64,000 nucleotides of DNA, from the NCBI GenBank assembly GCA_013265495.1, contig MU058781.1, positions 4,155,050 through 4,219,049 on the forward strand, written 5' to 3'. Every line of letters starts with the position of its first letter. Position 1 is the stretch's first letter. Positions 37,621-48,300 of this stretch are shown here, one piece after another. The position numbers and the translations under genes are program-made. The stretch is from Vicugna vicugna. Lineage: Eukaryota. Under the pieces are notes generated by a model, which was not told the origin of the DNA, searched no databases, and saw only the letters and a program-made list of their open reading frames with translations.

Positions 37621-39504
37621 TAATTTACTCTTCTCCAGTGTGTACAGACACAGCGAGGTGCGTACGTGGAGCGTGTGGGCGACTGAGCCCAGGCACTGAT
37701 CCCTTTGGTCTCTCTCTGCATTGTGAGTTCTCTCTTCCTATTGTGTTTCCGCCTTTTACTGGCAGTCTCTTTCTCCTGCAAAGAGAGATTACAAATACAA
37801 TCCTAGAATTGCAAATAGAACGGTGGATGCCTTTTGTTCAGCTTCCTGTCCAAGTTGTTACAACCTTTGTCATGGTAATGAACCATCGGCATTTCATAGC
37901 CTGAATATTCGCTCCACTCCTCCTGTGCATTGAGAGCCTACATTTGGATGAGTTTCTGGTCTCCTTGCTGCCCTGTCCCTGGATAAAGACAGCTGGGAAA
38001 GTTGACCCGTTTTAAGATGACCAAGGGTTCTAAGCGGAAGGAAACGGTTTACTGATGGTTTTGAAGGATTCACACGGCGACACATACCAACTCAGGAAAG
38101 CCCTATCTGGAAATTTGAAGAGTGAAGTATGCACTTGCCAGGTTTTCCTGCTGGGTCTTGAAAAAGGCAGACGGGTCTTCTACCTGAGATGAATTTTCCC
38201 CAGTCGTGATACAACAGTTTTCAGCGTTCATTCGAGGGGTGTGTGTTGAGTGTCTGCTCTGTGCCAGGCAAAGACAGGCTCAGGGGACAAACAGCCATGG
38301 CAGGCGGGGAGAACAAAGGCACACACGGATTCGTATTTATGCCAGCGCAAGGAAACACAAAACTGAGTTCATTTCCACACGTCACTGTCATGTGACTCTC
38401 AGATCAAACTTCACCAATGGGAGCCCATTTATAACAGCCAGTATGCTAAGTAACAAGCCACTAAGTCACCAGTGAAGACCCATCTCTGACCTTGGCCACG
38501 CTCTTTCAAAAACTGTTCGGTATCTATCAAGGAAAAAAATCAGAGAAGTGCATTTGTAGTAGCTGGACTTCCCAGTGGGAACTCTGACTTTCCACCCCTC
38601 ACAGGTAAATTCCTAGTACAGTAACTGCTACACTCAGGTTGTGAATGAAGCATACACGCTGTCCCATTATCTATGCTAAAGTACTTTAAAGCAAATTACA
38701 GGCATCGGAATAGTTTACAAGATGATTCGATCTATATTTGATTTCTGACACGTATGAATAATTTATTTCACTAGTATTTCATCAAAATTGTGCCCTGTTA
38801 ATTAGATGGAGGGTTTTTGTGACAAAGCACAAACTGTTGGGGTGGGTGGTCTGTGAGGCTGTAGAACATAAAAGGGCTTTTTATCCCCCCAGCAGATGGG
38901 GTCCCCCAAGGATAAAAAGAGACCCAAGAGCCACTTAAATGGGCCTCAGGGCCGTTTGTGATTGAAGCTAAGTGCCAGCTGTGATTAAATTTATGTAAAG
39001 TATCTAGCACAGTGCCTGGCACAGAGTAGCTGCTGGACATCTGTAAGATGTTTTTTCCCTTAGAGTTGGGTGTGCACGGTTAGAAAATCACTACGTTGAG
39101 ATACTGGTGTCATCTCCTAGCAGGTGTGACTTTTAGTTCCGTGACTCATCCTGAGTCATCATTGATGAAGCCAAAAATAGAGCTCAGAGCCTTTGTGTTC
39201 AATTTCCAATCAATACCTCCTCTTGCTGGGATGTCTGCCCTCCTCTGCAAACACCTTTGCCGAGAATGAGATTCTCAAGGAAACTCTGCTCTGGTAGTTT
39301 TCAAACAACCAGTTCTTGTCTCCTCTCCAGGTATACTTGCTTTCATATTTGTGGTTTTAAAGTAGCTAAATACAGAGGCTTTCCTTCCTTCCTTCATCCT
39401 TCTCTCCCTCCCTTCTTTTCTCCCTTCCTTCTTTCGTTTTAATCCTGTCACCTCCAGTATCAGGCTGGGAGTTGGGCAGGGCGGTGGGGAGGAAAGAAAG
39501 AAAG

Positions 39505-40096
39505 TATAGGGGGGAAAAAACAATTTTCCCTCTGCCCTTCTGAGCTCTTAGCTGAGACCTCTGTAATAAAAAACAGGTTAACAACAGAAAAACAGTTTAT
39601 TAACATGGGTACCTCATGTATACCTGGGAGACACCAGAGGAAAATGAGTAACTCAAAGAGGTGGCTTAGAATTCAGGCTTAAATACCATCTTAACAGGGA
39701 AAGAGGGGGTGGGGGGGAGATGCAGGTCTCTTAGGGGGAGTAAATGATTTTTAGGAGAGATGAATGGGCTCTGAGAAGAATGGGTGAGAGGTGTGACTGA
39801 TGGTGACAAACTTTGGGTATTGTGTCAATGTCCAGTCTTCCCTCCTGTCATGAGAGTCAATCTTTCCTGGCTGATCAAATTCCTGAGGAGGGGAGGGGGC
39901 ACTTAGACAACTGAGTTCCTTTTGGAGGCTCTGTTTTTAAAGGCAGATAAGGGGACTTCAGAGAAAGTCTCTCTCTGCATTTGCTGTTTTTCAAGTGCCA
40001 ACAGTTTACAATAGTCAATATGCCAAAGTGGCATACCTGGGGATGTCCTGAACTCCTACAGTCATATTTTGGGGTGGCAAATTCTACTACCCTTCA
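39505..40096 (-). mobile_element. ERV1 solo LTR (MER34-like), full length
   Basis: Ends 'tatgccaaagtggcata...tattttggggtggcaaattctactacccttca'. Candidate 4-bp TSD aaag (39501-39504 and 40097-40100). Confidence 0.85.
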
Positions 40097-40294
40097 AAAG
40101 AAAAGAAAAGAAAAGCTCTGCCAATGGCTTTATATTGTGTGTGTGTGTGTGTGTGTATTGGGGCACAAAGGTGGTTGGAGTTGGGGGAGCTCTACAGGAG
40201 GAGCACAGACTCATCTGATGCTAAAATCATCAATTCTAATTTCAGTCTGAAATGTGGCTGGCACAGCATTGTTTTTGTTTCCTTAAGAAGACAT

Positions 40295-40786
40295 TGCAGA
40301 GGAGGACAAAGTTTTCCTGGAGGCTCTTAGTGTGGCTGACTGGATCTGAACGTTATAATGGACAAAGACAGATTGAGGAGATAAGCGTACAAGTGTATTC
40401 AATCTAAGTTTCACATGACATGGGATCTTCCTAAGGAAAAGAAGACCTGAAGAAAGTGAGATGTGGGTATTTCTATGCCAGGTTTGAAGCAGACTGCGGC
40501 GCAGTCGTGGAGGAAAACCACAGGACAACAGGTATGAGGTCAGGGTAGTGAACTGGGGGAGACTTAGCCAGGCCGGTGTGTTTGGACTCTTCTTGGCATC
40601 CCTTTGTCTTTGGAGATAAGGATGCTCCAGGGACAGGAGGGCTTTACCACGTGTTTCAGGGAAGAAAATCAGAGGAGAGGTCAGTGTGACCTTCCTGCCT
40701 CTGCTGTTTTCCCAAACTTCTTTAGCTTAAAATATTCACTATGCCAAAGTGTTCTATTTTGAGATAGCGTGTCCTGAACTCCATCA
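40295..40786 (-). mobile_element. ERV1 solo LTR (MER34-like)
   Basis: Ends 'agcttaaaatattcactatgccaaagtg...tattttgagatagcgtgtcctgaactccatca'. Candidate TSD acat/acac. Clearly similar to 26716-27190. Confidence 0.8.
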
Positions 40787-41117
40787 ACACCCTTACTTGA
40801 CCAGATGATCAAGAGACAGCAAGAGGCTGCTTTCTCTAACCACACTCTTCTGAATTGTCAAGACAAGAACCGTCGCGGGGGTAGACTTTACATCTGCAAA
40901 TACTGTTATTCTGCAAGGTCAAGCCCGACACTGCTTTCTGACAGCTGCGCGGCCCACAGCTAACATTTCCTCGCACTTTGCCTTGGCCCGTAGCCTAAAA
41001 ATGTCAGGAGCAGCGTAGCCCTCTCCCCCCATCCCGATCTCTCCTCCTCGCCACCACTCCCCTCCCTGCAGAAAGGAAACTCCTCTGCTTTGCTCCGAAG
41101 TTTCTCAAAAGCTACAG

Positions 41118-41440
41118 TGCAAATCACCCTAATTGTTTGCTAGATGAACAATGATCACTCTAACCTCCTAATTAACATTGTTAAAATCTGCTTAACAAAG
41201 GACATTTAACAATATCTTAATTAGGAAGGATTTCCAATTTGTGATATGGAGCATGTTAGACAAACGGGCACAATTCTCCCTTTGTTCCTGGGCTCGGCAG
41301 CCAGAGAGATTACATGATACGACACAAATGCTCTGCGTTTGCCATTTGTCATTCTATATCCTTTACACATTTGCGTGACTTAATGAGTGTCTTGGCTAAT
41401 TTTACCTGTGTTATTGTTTGCGCTGTAATTTGGCGAGAAT
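41118..41440. promoter_or_regulatory. SOX/homeodomain motif-dense putative enhancer
   Basis: At least seven SOX cores (AACAAT, ATTGTT, AACAAAG, CTTTGTT) and two TAATTA sites within ~320 bp of unique sequence. Confidence 0.5.
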
Positions 41441-42597
41441 AGGGTGGGTGATGCCGGCTGATGGAGACTGGGGCGGGCATCTGGGTCTCCCTTAGAATGA
41501 CTGCAGCTTCCGAACGCCTGCTGGAAAAGGCGTGGCCAGCAAAGAGAGCAAACTTTGGGGGCCCCAGTCTTGGATACTGGGGTACAAGGTGGAGAGCCTC
41601 TGTGAGTCATTCCCCACAAATATGTGGATGACTAACCATCTCAGTCTCCCCTCCTTTTCCAAGCTCTTACAGCTTATTTTAAAAGCTCCTATTATCTGTC
41701 ACTTAATTATTAAAAAGTGTCTACTCTGTTTTCATAAATTATCTATGTGTTAGAGATATTGGCATATGAGAGAGTCATGGGGATAAGGGAGGTTCTGAAG
41801 CCAATTATCCCAGCTGGGAAGATCTTAGAATATAATGGGACCCTTGAATTATTCTGTGCTAGACCTTTAAGGATGTGTGTGTGTGTGTGTGTTTGGTAGA
41901 GTGGGTGGGGGCTGGGAGTGGGGAGGAGGAAGGGTTAGGACCTCTAATAATTCCTATTTTATTATTCTTATCTATTTGCAAGAACACCCTTATTGTTGGG
42001 TCCTTTTCCATGCGTCCTCTTTATCCTGAAGATGGGAGAAAGGCTTGGAAGAAATTACTAACACCAAGTGTTATTTGGAATTAGGGTTTATAAACTATAT
42101 CATCTAAAGTAAATGAGAAAACATAAGAAACTGGCTTAATAGCATGCCTGGCACATAGTTAATATTCAATAAATTGTAGCTGCAATAAACTATGTCACAT
42201 TATAAAGCTGTATATACTACACGGCGACAGCTTGGGTGCATTACACAGTGGACGGTGCTATATATAATACATAATATATTGCATGTACTATGTAATCCAA
42301 TCAAATGTTTGGAGGCTATTTCTAGACTCTGGTTTAAGTCCCCGAATGGTCTCTTCTATGAAGACATCAGAGGTGCAATTTCCTCCTCTCACCTTTCCAG
42401 AACCACCACCAAGAACTGTCCACTAAGACAGAAACCAAAATAAAACAGAGCAAAAAACAAAACAACACACATACACACAACTTTACGATTAAACAACTGT
42501 GGTCTGAGCCCATAGTGAAAGCTGCTGCCCTTGAACTGGCATCTGCTCCTTCTTCTCTCCTCCTCTCCCCACTCTACCCCCCAAGGCTCCGTGCCTT

Positions 42598-42844
42598 ATG
42601 AGAAAACAAATGACTAGTTGGGAGGTGTGACAGTTTTGTGACAATGCCTGTCTGTGTGTGGTGCTGACCAGAAGGTCTCCGAGCAGAGGAGGTAAGAGTG
42701 GCTCTCAGGAAGGAGACATAACTATTGAGTTCTTTTGGGAGGCTCTGGTTTTTGGCAGATAAGGGATTTCAGGAACTCAAATGCCTTCAGCTCAAAATAA
42801 TTCTTATGCCAAAGTGGCATACTTTGGGGTGGCATGTCCCCTCA
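42598..42844 (-). mobile_element. ERV1 LTR (MER34-like), partial
   Basis: 'gccttcagctcaaaataattcttatgccaaagtggcatactttggggtggcat' is the reverse complement of the MER34 5' end. Confidence 0.8.
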
Positions 42845-43107
42845 AACGACATATACCAAGATGGCCTAATACATAACTCTTGGGCCACATATACGTAATG
42901 TTAACGTTTTAGAGTTGGAAGAGCCCTTAGAAAACACCCCCTGCCTTATCTGATAAATTAAGAAAGAGAAGGGAGGCTCCCGGAGGAGCAGTAACTGCCT
43001 CAGATCTTGTCATGTTAGTGGGGAGACAAGGCTGAAACCCTTGGAGCCTGATGGTCCCAGGGTCTGCTGTCCTGAAGCACAGTTCTCATTTCAAAAGAGA
43101 GCCCAGG

Positions 43108-43160
43108 AAAAAAAAAAAAGAAAGAAAGAAAGAAAGAAAGAAAGACACAGAAAGAAAGAG
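43108..43160. repeat. A12-(AAAG)n simple repeat
   Basis: Seen directly. Confidence 0.9.
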
Positions 43161-43259
43161 GATCTCTTGTTCATCAGACTTCATCAGTTTCTGCTCATTT
43201 CTGAAAGGGTGAAAAAACTAAGATGATAGCATTTCTCCTGGAGAGGGTAAGGGAGAAAA

Positions 43260-43965
43260 GGGGTGAGAAGGGAAAAAAAGGAAATTATTTAAATTGAGAT
43301 GCTCTCTCATGATTGCTTGCAAAAACAATCACTTTTTGATGATACAGCAGACATATCAGGAGGAGTAATTTATAGATACCATTTCAAAGGGTGGGGGGAG
43401 AGGAAATCTTACAAAACCAAACAGCACAGAAATGCAGAAGGAAATATTGCTTAGGAGAGAAAAAAAAATAAAACAATAAACTTCTCCTGTGCTTTCTATG
43501 TTCAAAAGGTTTGACTGTAAATCCTGATTTTGACATGCATCCCAGCTCCATTTTGGAAGCAGCCCACGGACTCAACCCGGGGAGAGAAAACACTAAATCA
43601 TAATTACCTCGTAAAAGCCAAGCCTGTTTCTCTGAATGCTTGAGAACTGGTATAGCTTCTCGAAATATCATAAATCTATTGTGTTCACTCCTGTTTTACT
43701 TAACAGCCAATTAATGTTATGGTTTAAAAGAATTAAAGCCGTGGCGTAGAAGAGGGTGCGTGTTGCGGAAAAATAGAGGTCTTTCAACTTTGACTAGCAC
43801 CCAGATACTGTTTGCCGACCTAATCCTCATTATGGAGCAGCTCGTTAAAAGACTCAGCCACAGAAAAATCCTGCCACGATGCATGTCCACTGATATGATC
43901 TTGTTCTTATTAGCATACTGGAGAGGAAAACATTTTCAACACAATCTTGAGTCGGTTTTAATATC
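43260..43965. promoter_or_regulatory. Putative conserved non-coding block
   Basis: About 700 bp without recognisable repeats, with aacaat, taatta, caattaa and aataaac motifs and several retained CpGs. Confidence 0.3.
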
Positions 43966-44184
43966 CTACAGGGTGACATCGGACATGGTGGCAGGACATC
44001 TTGCTCCTCTCTAGGAAGTCCTCCTGCGAGAGGAGCATCTGGGCCACCCACACGGCCAGTGTAGTTAGCAGGAGCAGTAAGATGGGTCAAAACCAGGTGG
44101 ACACACAGCCCTGAAGGGGTCCTGATGCCATCGGTGCCTCTGGATGCAAGGAGAGAGCGGAGCTGGATTGAAGCTGAGTTGGAA

Positions 44185-44390
44185 GAACATGTGCTTAGGA
44201 GCCGGGCTGACTTGGCTGAGATCTCATCTCTACCCCCTATGTATGGCTAGAGGCAAGTTACTTAATTCTCTGAGCCTCAGTTTTCCCATCTGTAAAGTGG
44301 AGTCTCATATATGCGATTAAAAATAAACAGCTGAAGTAATGTATTGCACATATCATAATGTATTCTTGACAATGCCCCAAAATGCATCTA
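44185..44390 (+). mobile_element. MIR SINE
   Basis: 'ggcaagttacttaattctctgagcctcagttttcccatctgtaaagtgg' is the MIR core. Confidence 0.85.
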
Positions 44391-45037
44391 TAGAGTTTCT
44401 CTCTCAAGATCATCTCCCAGGCCATCTCTCGGTGGGTCTAAGGCAGCGTGATTGTCCTCCAGCAGTGGAACAGATAAAATTCTTGGCCACAGTTTATGGG
44501 CTATTTTGGAAGAAAAAAAATACAAATTTAATCACCGAAATCAGTCTTGGTGCTGTGAGATGCTGAACACCAAGGGAGGCTCCCTGGGAACAGAGGCAGT
44601 TTGAAGGAACCCACATCTCCAGTGCACTTTGGGGCCTGAGTGCATGGAGTGAAAGTGGCAGCAAAATCACTTGCAACAATTGTATTAAATTCCTCCCCTC
44701 TTTTCCCTCCTAGCTCCTCCCTTCTCTGTGAAGTAGACACCGTTGTATTTGCCTAGGCTGAGTAAGTCAAACGCATGCGTCATACAACCCACTGCAATTA
44801 CACACACATTTCACATGATGTAAAACAAAACAGAACAGTGAGAGGCTTAGTGCTCGTTAAGGGCGCAGTGTAAGACGTGGTACGTGTTCAGCCCATACAA
44901 AACACTGCATTCCTCCCTCACATTTGAAGAAGCCCAGTTTATGATTATCTTTGAAGAGAATCAGACAAATCACACTGTCTGGGAACCCCACCTCCTCGAC
45001 ATCTTTATCCTTGAATGACCTTGAAGGGGAAGATGAC

Positions 45038-45395
45038 TGCGACGGACTGAACATTTGCATCCCCCTAAAATTCACAGGTTGCAATCCCGGCCCCAAGGTG
45101 ACGGTATAAGGAGGTGGGGCTTCTGGGAGTGATGAGGTCGTGAGGGTGGAGCGCTCATGAAAGGGATTAGTATCTTTCTAGAAGAGATCCCGGAGACCCC
45201 CTTACTTCTTCCATCAAGTCAGGAAACAGTGAGAAGACTGTGACCCGGGAAGCGGGTTCTCATCAGACACCAAATCTGCTGGCGCCTTGATCTTGGACCG
45301 CCCAAGTCTCCAGAACTGTGAGAAAGAAATTGCTGTTGTTTATAAGCCGCTCAGTCTCTGATAGTTTGCTACAGCTGCTCAAATGGGTTAAGACA
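45038..45395 (+). mobile_element. MaLR solo LTR (MLT1A0-like), full length
   Basis: TG...CA termini, 'ggactgaa...aaaattca...ggaggtggggc...gagggtggagcgctcatgaaagggattagt...ccagaactgtgagaaa'. 5-bp TSD atgac/gtgac. Confidence 0.9.
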
Positions 45396-48300
45396 GTGAC
45401 AAGAAGATAAAAGGGAGGGCGGAAAGGAGGAGAGGAGCGAATGTGAAGAAGCCCCGTCAATGGAGAGAGTTCCAGTGATGACGACACTGGGGGCACGTGT
45501 AGCTGGGGAGATGTTACAGCTTGACTCAGTGTGTATTATCAGTTAATCTCTTCTTTTCAAAATTACATTTCTTTTATATCTACCTCCCCAAGCAACCACC
45601 GTTATCATTTTAACATGTATTTCTTCCCAGGCCGTATTCTGGGCGTGGCTTTGTCACAGTTCCTCACCTTTATTTACAACTTTTGTTAAGAATGAGGCCG
45701 TGTCTAGACTGTTGTGATCAGAGTTAGAACTTTAAATGCGGGACTTCAAACAAAATTTTGCCAAGAAACTGCTATTTTCTTTTTCTTTCCTTTTTTTTCT
45801 TTTTTGCTTTTCTAACCTCACTCTACTTCCCCCTGTTAATTATCAGATAACATTAATTAATTACTTATTGACCATTTCCCTTGCTTTGGACCAGGCCTTG
45901 TAACTAGGCCTTTTCATGTGAAATAGAAAAAAAAAATCAGTAATTATTCCGAGCCTCATCCCCTTCCCATGTGAACAGAAGGGTTCTGTGCTGCTCTTCT
46001 AGGCCTTTCTTTGTAGACTCGGGATGTGGGGCAGCACTGACAGAAACCAAGATTGGCCGGAGTGATGCCTGTTGGAAATGACAGTGTTTGGAGTGGAAGA
46101 GAATTCAGCAAGGAGGTGAGAAAAGGAGGGGGCTGGAGGCGGGGTCTGAGCTGAGTGGTCACTCGACTGCAGCTATTCAAGGAGTTTGGAAAAGAAGAGG
46201 ACAGTTGCTGGGCGCGTGAGAGAGAAAGGCCCCAGGGACATCGGCAGTGCACTAGAAGTCAAAGCCCACCTGAAGGGAGTACAGTTTTAATTAGCTTTTA
46301 GGTAAATTTTAGTCACCACCATTCTTCCTTATTTTAGAAGCTTAAAAAAAAAAAAAGAACCATCTTGTACCAGTTTAATTGTTTCACTCCACAGTCACGA
46401 TTCCCACACTGTCTTTAACCTAAGATCTTGTCACTCTTTCTTCTCTCTTCCATTTCACATTACTACCCGGTGAAATAATCACTCAGGTCAATCCCTCAAA
46501 TATCAATCTTTAAAAATCCATAGAAAATTGCTGTAATTAACCGGACCCTCCAAATTTAGCAGAATACAAAGCGTCTCCTACGCCCCGTCCGCAAGCCAAA
46601 GTGCGGGGGACACTCAGATGCTTTCCAGTGACTTTCCTCAGTAAATCGGTAGAAGCTGGCGTTTTCTCAGCCTGCGTTATCTGGGACACAGCTGCTCTCA
46701 ACGGCAGACTCGTGACAGAGGATCGGTCAAAGCAGGCAGATTCAAGCACTTACACTCAGAGGGCCTCGCGCTGCCTCCCGGGCATCTCTTACTTCTAGAG
46801 GCGTGAAGACAGAGGCATGTCTACGACCTCAAAGACTCATGCGAAACGAGGAATCCTAGAAGGGGCATGTGGGGACCAGGCTACAGTCAGAGAAATGGGG
46901 CTTGGCTGCAAATTAAATAGCCAGTCTGCAGGGACCTGAGTCACTGCCAGACTTTGCAAAATATTAATATCCATCCCGTTAAATCCTGGGAATTTGCAAG
47001 AGAGTGCCTCTCCAGCTGAAGCTGAGTTTTCCAGCTAACGACTTTGTCCAGACTGACAAAGGTACGAACAAGAGAATTAGCCAGGGTCTGTGCTGGGGAC
47101 ACGGTCTCAGCTGCAGATCTCCTTCCTCCTAAAAGTGAATGTGACACTCGACGTCAAGTCCTCTGAGCGTCTCAGAGCATCTGGCAGGCTAGTGCGTTGA
47201 AGTTTACTTGTTGAGCTGACTTATTTGGTTGTTTTCATAATTAAAAACTTGCAAATATACCTTTCTGAAATCTTGGATTTCCCTTTCTTATTATGCTGAT
47301 GACTTGGGGTTAACTGAACAAAAATCTTTCGCCAGTCACAAATAAACCTTTCATGCTGCAGGATTCTAATACATCTGCTTGCTCTAGTAAAATTTAAGTG
47401 AATGATCACTGTATTTCTGAATCTTTTTTTTTCCCCCATTACAAATATGTACCACCTCTGGGCCCTGGGGCTGCAAGTTTAGATACAGATACAATATAGC
47501 ACCATCACACCTGGACTCTGGAAGAAAGGGAACTTGAAAGATGGTCACGTGGACAGTAGGAGGTGGCCTGTTCCCCCGATGAGGGCACTGCCAAGGTACT
47601 GAGCGTTAGGCTAGCAATTCCTACGGGTACCATCTCCATCGCTTTTCATGGAAGTGTACGTCTCATCACAACCTGCTCTGGGGAGCTGTGCCTGCACCCG
47701 CCTCCCAACTGCTTATATGTCCCACTGGAGCCAGCATCAAATCCCTTCTCTGGTGAGAAAGGGGAAAAGGTGACACAGGGAGTGGGATGTGTGATAATCA
47801 TTTGTGTCCGGTACTCTATCAAGTTTCAGATGTTTATGACAGCATCTTAAGAAGATGCAACCTAAGTTTTTTTTAAGAAGTATTTTGCCTTATTTCCAGA
47901 GGCTTCAGCCACGGGCCCACCAGGCAGCTGGGACTCTCTCACTGCAGGAGGAGGGGCGGGGCGGGGTACAGAGGGCTCTCAGACCTGGTCAGGGAGGCAG
48001 CCTTGCAGAGTGGGCGGGCTTTTGAAGTGAGCATCTTATATACACATGGAAGGTGGTGCCCTCAGCCTCCTCCTTCCTACCTTTACGCCTCGTTGGTGAA
48101 TTACTTTTAGCTTCTCCTATGTGATGATGCTTCGTATTTTCTGAAATAGGCACAGAGACCACGAGCCACCCCGCTGGACTGGTCACTCACTGTGCACTAC
48201 CTCTGACCCTTCCATCTCTGTGGGGTCTGGAGAACCCCGAAGGCATGTATTACTGCTCAGCTCCAGAGACCCCACTGCCTCGAATCTCCCACTGGTCCTG

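Noticed and set aside
39505..40786. Two same-orientation LTRs as the ends of a deleted provirus
   Set aside because: They differ in length and internal sequence, and each has its own candidate TSD, so they are separate solo LTRs.
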